From: Scyliorhinus canicula
Taxonomy: Eukaryota
Reading direction: 5' to 3'
Length of the DNA stretch: 64,000 nucleotides
NCBI RefSeq assembly: GCF_902713615.1
Contig: NC_052158.1
Span: 20,456,546 to 20,520,545 of the forward strand
Part shown: in pieces, positions 32,701 through 43,120 of the stretch
Layout of the letters: each line of letters begins with the position of its first letter
How positions within the stretch are numbered: the first letter of the stretch is position 1
Made by a program: the position numbers and the translations under genes
Notes under the pieces: model-generated
Seen by the model: the letters and a program-made list of their open reading frames with translations, nothing else
What the model was told of the DNA's origin: nothing
The model's database searches: none

Positions 32701-35700
32701 CTACTTGGAAGAGTCGGAGGATGTCTCGGCACTGTAGCGCTCCCTCAATACTGAAGCATGTCCAGATATTGTGATTAGAATCCTGAGTGAATGGGCTGCA
32801 GACTGGCACAATCCAAGGTCCAGGACCATGTGCTGAGGGACGCACCAAATCTTTGGGGCAGTTGCCACAGAGGCCCAATGTGGAATAGTCTCTGTTTAAG
32901 ACCTTTCAGCTATCATGCACTGGGGCTGGATAATTTGTAGAACCCCACAGGCCTGACATGGAGTGTACACTGTAATTATGGAGGGTGTGGAAATTATACA
33001 GCTCAGAATGCAACCTGTCTTATGGATAAAAGGTCAATCCCATTGCACTTCCTGTAATTTTTCAGTTTGAAATGTTTTGCCCTCAAAGCCTGATAGTGAA
33101 CATATATTGTAAATATAAAGAGTATTGCAGTTGTATTGGGCAGCACGGTAGCATTGTGGATAGCACAAATGCTTCACAGCTCCAGGGTCCCAGGTTCGAT
33201 TCCGGCTTGGGTCACTGTCTGTGCGGAATCTGCACATCCTCCCTGTGTCTGCGTGGGTTTCCTCCGGGTGCTCCGGTTTCCTCCCACAGTCCAAAGATGT
33301 GCAGGTTAGGTGGATTGGCCATGACAAATTGCCCTTAGTGTCCAAAATTGATCTTAGTGTTCAAAATTGCCCTTAGTGTTGGGTGGGGTTACTGGATTAT
33401 GGGGATAGGGTGGAGGTGTTGACCTTGGGTAGGGTGCTCTTTCCAAGAGCCGGTGCAGACTCGATGGGCCGAATGGCCTCCTTCTGCGCTGTAAATTGTG
33501 TGTGTGTGTATTGAGGGAACAGCTGAATATGCTGCTTGGAGACAAGATGAATTTACAGCACTTTTCTGCAATTTTCAAGTGTAAATGCTTTGTACTTTCT
33601 ATAATCCATTTAAGGATGGCTTTACAGTCCCGGCCAACATTTATTACTCACTCATTGAATGCTATGTATAAAGTATACTTTTGGGGAAAAAAATCCTGGG
33701 TTGTGGAGGAGAGACCCATGCAAACACGGGGAGAATGTGCAAATTCCACACGGACAGTGACCCGGGTCCAGGATTGAAGCCAAGACCTCAGAGCCGTAGG
33801 CAGCTAAACATTGGGCTATCATGACATCCTTCTGAGAGGGTCCAGTTAATTCATTTCTAAACCCAGCTACAGTCGTGGGTCCAGATAATTCGATATTAAA
33901 TCCCAGCTACAGTCAGAGGGTCCAGTTAATTCAATATTAAATCCCAGCTACAGTCAGAGGGTCTAGGTAATTCAATATTAAATCCCAGCTACAGTCAGAG
34001 GGTCGAGTTAATTCAATATTAAATCCTAGCTACAGTCGTGGGTCCAGTTAATTCAATATTAAATCCCAGCTACAGTCAGAGGGTCCAGTTAATTCAATAT
34101 TAAATCCCAGCTACAGTCGGAGGGTCCAGTTAATTCAATATTAAATCCCAGCTACAGTCAGAGGTCCAGTTTATTCATTATTAAATTCCATCGACAATTA
34201 AAGCGTCCAGTTAATTCAATATATATATATTTAATTTTAGAATACCAAATTATTTTTTTCCCAATTAAGCAGCAATTTAATGTGGCCAATCCACCTACCC
34301 TGCACGTCTTTGGGTTGTGGAGATGAAACCCACGCAGACACGGGGAGAATGTGCAAACTCCACACGGACAGTGACCCAGGCCGGGATTCGTTCCCGGGTC
34401 CTCAGCGCCGCAGTCCCAGTGCTAACCACTGCACCGCATGCCACCCTCAGTTAATTCAATAGTAAACCCCAGCTACAGTTAGAGGGTCCAGTTAATTCAA
34501 TATTAAATCCCAGCTACAGTTAGAAGGTCCAGTTAATTCAATATTCAATATTAATCCCAGCTACAGTTAGAGGGTCCAGTTAATTCAATATTAAATCCCA
34601 GCTACAGTTAGAGGGTCCAGTTAATTCAATATTAATCCCAGCTACAGTTAGAGGGTCCAGTTAATTCAATATTAAATCCCAGCTACAGTTAGAAGGTCCA
34701 GTTAATTCAATATTCAATATTAATCCCAGCTACAGTTAGAGGGTCCAGTTAATTCAATATTAAATCCCAGCTACAGTTAGAAGGTCCAGTTAATTCAATA
34801 TTCAATATTAATCCCAGCTACAGTTAGAGGGTCCAGTTAATTCAATATTAAATCCCAGCTGCAGTCAGAGGGTCCAGTTAATTCAATATTAAATCCCAGC
34901 TACAGTTAGAGGGTCCAGTTAATTCAATATTAATCCCAGCTACAGTCAGAGGTCCAGTTTATTCATTATTAAATTCCATCGACAATTAAAGCGTCCAGTT
35001 AATTCAATATATATATTTTTAAATTTAGAATACCCAATTATTCTTTTTCCCAATTAAGCGGCAATTTAATGTGGCCAATCCACCTACCCTGCACGTCTTT
35101 GAGTTGTGGAGGTGAAACCCACGCAGACACGGGGAGAATGCACAAACTCCACACAGACGGTGACCCAGAGCCGGGATTCGTACCCGGGTCCTCAGTGCCG
35201 CAGTCCCAGTGCTAACCACTGCACCGCATGCCACCCTCAGTTAATTCAATATTAAAATCCCAGCTGCAGTCAGAGGGTCCAGTTAATTCAATATTAAATC
35301 CCAGCTACAGTTAGAGGGTCCAGTTAATTCAATATTAAATCCCAGCTACAGTCAGAGGGTCCAGTTAATTCAATATTAATCCCAGCTACAGTCAGAGGGT
35401 CCAGTTAATTCAACATTAAACCCAGCTACAGTCAGAGGGTCCAGTTAATTCAATAGTAAATCCCAGCTACAGTCAGAGGGTCCAATTAATTCAATAGTAA
35501 ATCCCAGCTAGTCAGAGGGCCCAGTTAATTCAATATTAAACCCCAGCTAGTCAGAGGGTCCAGTTAATTCAATATTAAACCCCAGACGTTCAATTAATTA
35601 ATTACAAAATCTCATCTACATGTTACTGATCCATGTAAAGAGTGTGGAGCTGGAAGCTGAAGGCAGAAAGTGATGGGGAATCTCCCTGTTCACTGTTTAA

Positions 35701-35927
35701 ATGGCAATGAAAGATCTGAAGAATTAGCCGAGTTACATTCAGTGTAAATCGGCGAGGGATGGAAGACCAACTTCGATCAAAACACTCACACTGACCGGGA
35801 ACTCAGAAATAGAATTACTGCTGATCAGAGATGTGCAAAAATAAGAGAACTTACCGAAGAGGAAAATGAAGCAACAGGTGAGCAGGAAAACATTGGTGGG
35901 TTGGAAGTGATCTTTTTTCCTGCACAT
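17591..35927 (-). CDS. Single-IgV type I membrane receptor (HEPACAM/CEACAM/SLAM-like V domain) with cytoplasmic ITIM + ITSM-like motifs; 5 coding exons, 275 aa
   Basis: Exons of 73+393+153+80+129 = 828 nt join in frame via GT-AG introns (phases 1,1,1,0). Predicted protein: MCRKKDHFQPTNVFLLTCCFIFLFA-SGIGVTVRVHQ...VTLTVYNKT-DSETTSP...SIGVSVSAAVCFLIILICAYLMM-TKKYTGCQRQ...QVLTE-ESISNGELTYSMLQWSGPRPAHNIPERPEETIYAFAQKEDCR*. Confidence 0.85.
18343..18987. mobile_element. Harbinger-type MITE
   Basis: GAGGGCGATTCTCT / GGAGAATCGCCCCC, AAC TSD; removal restores host repeat ...agagtt-aac-gttttgagtcc. Confidence 0.87.
20376..20455 (-). CDS. Exon 4: membrane-proximal cytoplasmic segment
   Basis: Acceptor ttttaattcag|G, donor GAG|GTAAGA, 80 nt phase 1-0; GCQRQHDSDLTEIAVQPVGGTGQVLTE. 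Confidence 0.8.
21181..21475 (+). mobile_element. HE1-like SINE with CR1 tail (intron 3)
   Basis: As above. Confidence 0.8.
21652..22358 (+). mobile_element. L1-clade LINE 3' fragment with poly(A)
   Basis: WTAFFEAMSKVVG...ARRRILFGWRSAAPP...HRTWEPF, AATAAA and A-tail; homologous to 53565-54890. Confidence 0.85.
22576..22801 (-). mobile_element. HE1-like SINE (short subfamily)
   Basis: 15-bp TSD CCCAACCTTTCTCTC. Confidence 0.9.
23111..23335 (+). mobile_element. HE1-like SINE (short subfamily)
   Basis: 16-bp TSD TAACTGTGAGCAATAG. Confidence 0.9.
23579..23731 (-). CDS. Exon 3: Ser/Thr-rich stalk + transmembrane helix
   Basis: Acceptor ttttgttccag|, donor CAG|GTATGT, 153 nt phase 1-1; DSETTSPSISVSPQTRATSITEK-SIGVSVSAAVCFLIILICAYLMM-TKKYT. 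Confidence 0.88.
25057..25178. mobile_element. Short Harbinger-type MITE
   Basis: GGGCTGGATTCTCC / AGAGAATCCCGCTG. Confidence 0.65.
25850..26130 (+). mobile_element. HE1-like SINE with CR1 tail
   Basis: Conserved body and tail. Confidence 0.75.
26899..27291 (-). CDS. Exon 2: Ig V-set domain
   Basis: Acceptor ...tgttgttgcag|C, donor ACAG|GTAAGA, symmetric phase 1-1, open 393 nt; motifs GTVDQSVLLPVSYS, IQW, YRDRVHLYPENGSLLLWDLQPSDSGVY, NVTLTV resemble the HEPACAM/CEACAM N-domain. Confidence 0.93.
27822..29199. mobile_element. Harbinger-type MITE carrying a nested MITE
   Basis: GGGGCGGATTCTCC / AGAGAATCCGCCCA; related to 39890-40727 in opposite orientation. Confidence 0.8.
28673..29171. mobile_element. 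Nested Harbinger-type MITE
   Basis: GGGCGGTATTCTTCC / GAGAAAATCCCGCCC, TTA TSD. Confidence 0.82.
29528..29832 (+). mobile_element. HE1-like SINE, degenerate
   Basis: Head, body and tail recognisable. Confidence 0.7.
30259..30597 (-). mobile_element. HE1-like SINE with CR1 tail
   Basis: Near-consensus copy. Confidence 0.88.
31240..31512 (+). mobile_element. HE1-like SINE, degenerate
   Basis: Head, body and tail recognisable. Confidence 0.7.
32236..32419. mobile_element. Short Harbinger-type MITE
   Basis: GGATTGGATTCTCT / AGAGAATCTAGTCC. Confidence 0.65.
33139..33497 (+). mobile_element. HE1-like SINE with CR1 tail
   Basis: Near-consensus; internal 18-bp unit triplicated. Confidence 0.88.
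34222..34447 (-). mobile_element. HE1-like SINE inside minisatellite (copy 1)
   Basis: 14-bp TSD CAGTTAATTCAATA derived from the satellite unit. Confidence 0.9.
35010..35237 (-). mobile_element. HE1-like SINE inside minisatellite (copy 2)
   Basis: Same flanks as copy 1, offset about 788 bp. Confidence 0.9.
35855..35927 (-). CDS. Exon 1: signal peptide (MCRKKDHFQPTNVFLLTCCFIFLF + 1 nt)
   Basis: ATG at 35927, basic N-region then hydrophobic core, donor G|GTAAGT at 35854; phase 1 matches exon 2. Confidence 0.8.
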
Positions 35928-35972
35928 AGTGAGCTCCGAGTCCCCACAGCAGAGCCACCCCGAATGAAACAA

Positions 35973-35998
35973 GGAAAGTTTCACATGTGAGCTTCCTG
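35973..35998 (-). promoter_or_regulatory. Putative proximal promoter motif cluster (ETS CAGGAAG, E-box CACATGTG, kB/IRF-like GAAACTTTCC)
   Basis: Three adjacent motifs 45-70 bp upstream of the ATG; short motifs, function unverified. Confidence 0.3.
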
Positions 35999-36719
35999 TT
36001 TTCAGCGCCAGCGAACAAATCATTGCATTGTGCCAAAAAAACAGTCAATGCAAGTGTTGGGCGGGTAAAACTCCAGCGCTGGCTCTTTAAAGCAGGAATT
36101 GAGGCTGAGAAGGGGTTGGTGGTGCAGAATGATTTCTGCGCAGACTCTGCTCTGTCTGACCCAGAACCCAGCAGTCCCTATACTGTGACCCAGCAACCTT
36201 TCCGTCACAGGGTTAACACACATCCTTATTGAAACTTGCGGTGGGACAATTACGCAAACAATACAGCCCAAAGACTTGTACAGAACAAGCTCTCAAAGAG
36301 AAATTAAAACACCTCGTAAATGAATGTGACCACGTCTGACTGAAACATCCACTTCTATTTGCTGCTGTCAAGTGAACCCTCACCTCAGCTCCTCCAGACC
36401 AGACCAGACCAGACAGGGTAAGTTTTCAAAGGGTCCTCCCACCATTAATGCATTTGGAATCCGGTGTGCCCAGATCAGGACCTGCTTTGTTTCTGCACCA
36501 TCTTTTGCATTTGTTTCACGAGATGATTCACCTCCAATTGGGAGGCTTCAGTTTAAAATCTGAATGAAAGGTGCCTGTGACAGTGCTGCACTCTGAGCAG
36601 TCTATCCCCTACATGCAATGTTCTCGTTGTCCTGCGGTTGCTAAATATGGTTCCTGATCTGCTATCATATTGGGGTAAGAATTAGCAGCCAGGCCTGAGG
36701 ATTGAAGTTGGAGTGTTTT

Positions 36720-36964
36720 TAAAATAAATTTAGAGTACCCAATTATTTTATTTTCAATTAAGGGGCAATTTAGCGTGTCCAATCCACCTAACCTGCACAT
36801 ATTTTGGGTTGTGGGGGCGAAACCCACGCAAACACGGGGAGAATGTGCAAACTCCACAAGGACAGTGACCCAGAGCTGGGACCTCAGCACCGTGAGGCAG
36901 CTGTGCTGACCCACTGCGCCACCGTGAGGCAGCAGTGCTCACCCACTGTACCACCGTGCTGCCC
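36720..36964 (-). mobile_element. HE1-like SINE with duplicated head
   Basis: 16-bp TSD TTGAAGTTGGAGTGTT. Confidence 0.88.
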
Positions 36965-38234
36965 TTGAAGTTGGAGTGTTGGCTTCATATCTGAGCCACA
37001 CCCTCACCACGCAGCCCACTGAGCTACAGTGAATTTGCAGCCTGGCCGATGAGTCCAGTTTTATTTCAATGCGCTGGTCACATGAGTGAAACCTGGTTCT
37101 ATGGACTGAACCAGCGCAAGAATCATAGAATTGTAGAATCCCTACAGTGCAGATGGAGGCCATTCGGCCCATTGACCCTCCCAAGGAGCACGTTGTCTAG
37201 GCCCACTCCCCACTAAGGGGCAATTTAGCATCGCCCATGCACCTAACCTGCACATCTTTGGACTGTGGGGGGGGAACTGCACACAGACGGTCACCCGAGG
37301 TCAGAATCGAACCTGGGTCGCTGGCACTGTGAGGCAGCAGTGCTAACCACTGTGCCGCCCTTTCGGTGCCAGGCATTTTAAACATGGGTTATGCTCAAAA
37401 CCACATAGGTTGGTGATTTCTGCAATCATTTAGTGTTATTTCACAACTTTTAAATTGCCGACAGGCCTTTCCTACAGAACAAGTCACACCCACAGGCCCT
37501 TTGGACAAGATTTTGTACCCTCCTTTTGGGAAGCTCTTCAAACTGCCTCTTTTTTTCGCCTGGTATGTTGGCATATTTTAATCGTTTGGTTTTAATATCC
37601 CAAAGTATTTAATATACCTATACACCAAACAAAACTATTTGTTTAGTATCGATTTTTAAAGTTACTTCAGTGATTTTAAATTAGCTGGAGGGGGGTGCAC
37701 CCCAACTTATTGTAAAGGCTTATCCTTTTTACTCATTAATTCTCGGTTCAATTATTTGAGTTACCCAGGTCGCCAATCTCAATTACATCAAGGGGTACTT
37801 TTTAATAACAGAAATAAAAGCAAACAATTCTATTATGTTGCATTAGTTCACAGTAGAATGGTGTAAATGGTTTTAACTGCAATTTAAACTGGATTCACCA
37901 GCACAATTTCAAATGCCTGTTGGCACAAATTCTCAAATATGCCCAAAATGGAAAGTCCATTGTGTTCTGGGGCATGAAGTCCTTTAGGGATGTCCAGGAG
38001 ACAGAAAAGTTGATAAGGGAAATGTAAATTATTTCATTTAGCTCAGAATCTGATTTTTTTTTTTGGCTATTGATCAGATTGTTGATCGTGTTTTTGTGCT
38101 TTTGATAAGATGTATTGGGAAATGAAAGATGCTGATTTCTCGCAAGAAAAATAGACACTGTGGTAGTTTTGGAAACAGAATTATGTGGCAGTTTATTTCA
38201 GAACAACAATTGAGCTTTCAGAGAAAATAAATGG

Positions 38235-38920
38235 GGGGCTGGATTCTCCGATTTGCAGACTAAGTGCTGACACTGGCGTGGGAACAGTGGGGTTTTACGC
38301 CAGAAAAATGGTGCAAAAGTGGCACCGATCCTCCGCCCGGTGGGGGGCTAGCAGCCCCACAGCGTAAAGCCCCCGGCTTTACCTGTTGATACGGCTGGAG
38401 AACTGCCGGTTTTGTGGCCGCGTATGTGCACGGCGGCGGCCTGCAGCAGCTGCACCGTGTAACATGGTACAGGCCGCGCGTAGACCCGGCCTGCCACATG
38501 CTGTCCCCCAGTAATCCCCCTCGTCACCCCCGGACTACCCTCCAGCAGTGCCCCCAGCCCCCGCCAAAGCTCCCCCCCCCCCCCCCCCCCACCGCCCGCA
38601 GAACAGCTCTCCCCTCCCCGCCCCCCCCCGCTCCGGCTGGCGGTGCTGGATTCAGTCTAAAGCCGCCACGCCAGATTCACATAAAGAAAGGATAAGTGTT
38701 CCACGTCGTCGGGAACTCGGCCCATCGGGGGGCGGAGCATCGGGGAGGGCCTCGGGTGATGTCAGGAGGCCGTCCGGACAGCGTGTGGCGTACCCGTACG
38801 CTGTTTTTGAGTGGACGGAGCATCGCAAAAGCGGTGCCGCCCATGATTTCGGCGTAAATGGGGATTCTCCGGCCGATCGCCAAACACAAGTTCGGCGTCG
38901 ACGACCGGAGAATCCCGGCA
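38235..38920. mobile_element. Harbinger-type MITE
   Basis: GGGCTGGATTCTCC / GGAGAATCCCGGCA, TGG-like TSD. Confidence 0.78.
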
Positions 38921-38949
38921 TGGGGTCAGGGATTGGCAGCCGAAAAATG

Positions 38950-39855
38950 CCCAATACAAAAGTGGCAATACAGGTCGCCAAGGTGATTTAAGAAGGAATA
39001 TGGCAATGCTTGCCTTTATCAGCCATGGTATTGAGTACAGTTGGGAAATCATGTTGCAGCTATATAAAACCTTGGTTAGGCCACATTTGGAGTATTGCGT
39101 GCAGTTCTGGTAGCCACATTATAAGAAGGATGTGGAATCTTTGGAGAAAGTGCAAAGAAAGTTCTCCAGGATGTTGCCTGGTCTCGAGGGTGTTGGCTAT
39201 GAGGAGAGGTTGAATAAATTAGGATTGTTTCCACTGGAAAGACGGAGGCTGAGGGGAGACCTAGAGATGTCTATTGAGAGGCATAGACATGGTGGATAGT
39301 CAGAAGCTTTTTACAAGTGTGGAAGTATCAATTACAAAGGGCAGAGGTTCAAGGTGAGAGGGATAAAGTTTAAGCGAGATGTACAGGGTCCGTTTTTCAT
39401 GCAGAGTGTGTTGGGTTCCTGGAACACGCAGCCATAGGATGTGGTGGAAGCAGCCACATTAGCAACATTTAAGAGGCATCTGGATTTCTACATAAATGGG
39501 GAGGAAATAGAGGGATACAGACCGAGTAAGGGCAGAAGGTTTTTGTTTTCTTTAAAAAATTTTTTTTAGAGTACCCGATTAATTAAGGGGCAATTTAGCG
39601 TGGCCAATCCACCTAATCTGCACATCTTTGGGTTGTGGGGGCGAAACCCACTCAAACACGGGGAGAATGTGCAAACTCCACAAGGACAGTGACCTGGGGA
39701 TTGAAGCTGGTTCTCGGCGCCGTGAGGTGGCAGTGCTAGCCACCGTGCCACCGTGCTGCCCCTGAAGGTTTTGTTTTAGTTAGGGCATCGTGGTCGGTGC
39801 AGGCTTGGCGGGCTGAAGGGCCTGTTCACGTGCTGTACGTTTCTTTGTTCTTTGA
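38950..39855 (+). mobile_element. CR1 LINE 3' fragment with a SINE inserted in its tail
   Basis: LLQLYKTLVRPHLEYC-like sequence; tail ...gggcctgttcacgtgctgtacgtttctttgttctttg. Confidence 0.85.
39550..39762 (-). mobile_element. HE1-like SINE in CR1 tail
   Basis: Approx. 13-bp TSD GAAGGTTTT(T)GTTT. Confidence 0.85.
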
Positions 39856-39889
39856 AATTCTTAATTTGAGAGATTGTGCTGACTCCAGG

Positions 39890-40727
39890 ACTGAATCACG
39901 AGTGTTCTACGGCCCCGAAAGTGGCGCGGTCCAAGAGCAACTCAGGACACATTAAAGGGTTAGCACCAGCCCCACATGGAACTAATGCAATTCAATGGAT
40001 GGCGGCGTGTGATACGATGGGGTTGGAATTGGCATGGGAGAGTCTGACAAGCAGCAGCTGCTCCCCACACACCCTCATTCCACCCAAGAAGATGGCAATT
40101 ATTGCGCTGGAGCACGACCATACAATTGATGGATTGGCTGGGGCCAGAGGGTACCTAGGGGGGTAGTCTGGGGAGGCACCCATTAAACCCATTGTGCTCA
40201 ATTCCTAGTGGCAGTCAACGGCATGCTCATTTGCATGGTTGCCTTGCAGGTTGCTGCAATGGTGGTCCGTGCCGGCCACCCTGACCCCACGGCCAACCTG
40301 CTAGCTGACCCCTGCTACTCCCCCGCCCCTGGCAGACACCAACAGCACAACTGTCAGAAAACTATACTGATGTGGGTAACTCTTCGCACTCCCTCTCTCC
40401 CTCTCAGCAACCACGGCACCCAATTCCTGATTTTCAGTACCACAAGTGAACCTTGCCATTGTTAATGCCACCTGGCAGAGGTGGAGCATCGTGGGGGCCC
40501 TGAGAATGACGGGTTGGGCCACGTCAATGATAGGCCAATGGCCTTCACTGTACAATTTGTTTGCCCATGCAGATGTGCGGTGTGGAATGCATTCACCCAC
40601 TGTTGAGACACCGGAGCATGGGATTCCGTTTGACGCCTGGCGCCAGCCTCGACTTTCGGCTGACGCAAAATTCTCCGCCCGATCGGGATTCGGGATTCCT
40701 GCGCTGGCCGCCAAAAAATCTTGCCCG
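39890..40727. mobile_element. Degenerate Harbinger-type MITE
   Basis: Internal similarity to 27822-28670; right end AAAAAATCTTGCCC. Confidence 0.6.
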
Positions 40728-41867
40728 TTATCTTTTGACCTTCATCCTTATTATTTTTAGCTCCCCCCCCCCACACCGCTGTGTGGTTGTGGATAGAGGG
40801 TGGGACAATTAAAGGGGATAGCAAGTCAGCTTGTCATCATCCAGTCGTGTTTACTGCATATTTCATCATCAGTCTTGTTATAAACAAACAGGAATTATGT
40901 TTCTACTAATAAATCTGGTGACTGTAATTATTGGGCAGCCAAGGGCCAAAGGCGCTGGAAATTATGATGAGAATTATTGGTTAATTCACTTGTGTTGTGA
41001 CCCTAAGGCACGTGTGGCTGGAATTGACCGCGCACTTGCACAGGGGGATGTAACAGCATGCTTATCAGTTCGAAAACATCTCAACAAACATCACAACCAA
41101 AATCTTCACCCACACCCCAGTCTCTAGGCATAAAATGTAGAAATAATCACTCGTATACAAAACCATTTTGTGTCTCATTGATGATTCAGCGCAACACAGG
41201 AAGTGTTTTTTTGTCGCATTTTAGTAGCGACTGTGATGTGAATGAAATTTAAAACTGCCAGAAAATATTTTGTCGGGGTTCTTTCTAAATAATGAGGGGG
41301 GTTCAATGGGATGGAGGTTTAAAAAGTTATTCCCACTTGTTGATAACACGAGAATCAAGGAGGCATAAATACAAATAAAAGGAGAGTTATATTTCACTTG
41401 AAATGTTAATGCTGTTTCTCTCTTCACAGATGCTGCCAGACCTGCTGAGTTTTTCCAGCATTTTCTGCTTTATTTATATTAGACATAAATACAAGGTAGC
41501 CAGTAACCGTTCAAATAAAGAGTTCTGTACAAAGAATTCTGTGAGTGTGAGGTTACATAAAGTACACAGTAATGTCCCCACAGAATGCTAAGCCATGCAA
41601 TGAATCTCCTGAACACACTTTTACCAACAGGATAATTGTCTTCCACCTTCTGTAAACCTGATGTCATCCAAAACTCTTGTGTCTGTTTTGTAACTTGCAT
41701 CAAGTTTCTTTCACCCAACATTTTTGTACCCCTGGTGAATCAATGCCTCAGTTTGAAATTCTATTGCTGATTTTTATGTCCATTATTGGTCCCCACCACT
41801 CCCTATTTTGTCCAGCCCTTCCAGCCGACATTCCTCTGAGATGCTTACTATTCTCAATTCCGACTTT

Positions 41868-42214
41868 ACATAGAATTTACAGTGCAGAAGGAGGCCATTC
41901 AGCCCATCGAGTCTGCACCAGCTCCTAGAAAGAGCACCCTACCCAAGGTTAACACATCCACCCTATCCCCATAACCCAGTAACCCCACCCAACACTAAGG
42001 GCAATTTTGGACACTAAGGGCAATTTATCATGGCCAATCCACCTAACCCGCACATCTTTGGACTGTGGGAGGAAACCGGAGCACCCGGAGGAAACCCACG
42101 CACACACGGGGAGGATGTGCAGACTCCGCACAGACAGTGACCCAAGCCGGAATCGAACCTGGGACCCTGGAGCTGTGAAGCGATTGTGCTATCCACAATG
42201 CTACCGTGCTGCCC
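41868..42214 (-). mobile_element. HE1-like SINE with CR1 tail
   Basis: Near-consensus. Confidence 0.88.
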
Positions 42215-42251
42215 GACTTCTTGAATGTCGCCGATTTTAATTGCTCCACCA

Positions 42252-42560
42252 GGGCAGCATGGTAACATAGCGGTTAGCACTGTGGCTTCACAGCGCCAGG
42301 GTCCCCGGTTCGATTCCCGGCTTGGGTCACTGTCTTTGCGGAGTCTGCACGTTCTCCCCGTGTCTGCGTGGGTTTCCTCCGGGTGCTCCGGTTTCCTCCA
42401 AAGACGTGCAGGTTAAGTGGGTTGACCATGCTAAATTGCCCTTAGTGTCCAAAAAAGGTTCGGAGGGGTTATTGGGTTAGAGGGATAGGGTGGAAGTGAG
42501 GGCTTAAGTGGGTCGGTGCAGACTCGATGGGCCTCCTTCTGCACTGTATGTTCTACGTCC
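42252..42560 (+). mobile_element. HE1-like SINE, head-to-head with previous copy
   Basis: Head GGGCAGCATGGT..., CR1-type tail. Confidence 0.85.
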
Positions 42561-42775
42561 AGTTGCAGCTATGTGCCTTGGCAGCTGCCAAGGTGCTAAA
42601 TCCTGGAATCATTGCCAATGACATATCTGCCTCTCTTCATTCCTTCCCTCCATCATAGTTCTAACACCTACCTCCTTTGATCAAGTATGTGGCTTGGTGA
42701 CAAGTTTTGATTGAATGTGAAATGCTTTGAGTCATTTTGCTAAATTGAAGGTGCAATTTAAAGAATCACAGAATA

Positions 42776-43090
42776 ATAGAATTTACAGTGCAGAAGGAGG
42801 CCATTTGGCCCATCGAGTCTGCACCGGCTCTTGGAAAGAGCAGCCCACTTAACCCCTATCCCCATAACCTAGTAACCTCACATAACCATTTTTGGACACG
42901 AAGGGCAATTTATCATGGCCAATCCACCTAACTTGCACATCTTTGGACTGTGGGAGGAAACCGGAGCACCCGGAGGAAACCCACGCAGACACCGGGAGAA
43001 CGTGCAGACTCCGCACAGACAGTGACCCAGCCGGGAACCGAACCTGGGACCCTGGAACTGTGAAGCAACTGTGCTAAACAGTGCTATTAG
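42776..43090 (-). mobile_element. HE1-like SINE with CR1 tail
   Basis: Conserved body and tail. Confidence 0.82.
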
Positions 43091-43120
43091 TGCTTATTAT
43101 TCTTAAATCTTAATGGTTAA

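Larger units (their letters stand above)
33838..35585. repeat. 41-bp AT-rich minisatellite in intron 1
   Basis: Unit TAAATCCCAGCTACAGTCAGAGGGTCCAGTTAATTCAATAT, about 30 copies. Confidence 0.95.

Noticed and set aside
33838-35585. CRISPR-like regular repeat
   Set aside because: Contiguous units without unique spacers in a vertebrate intron: a minisatellite
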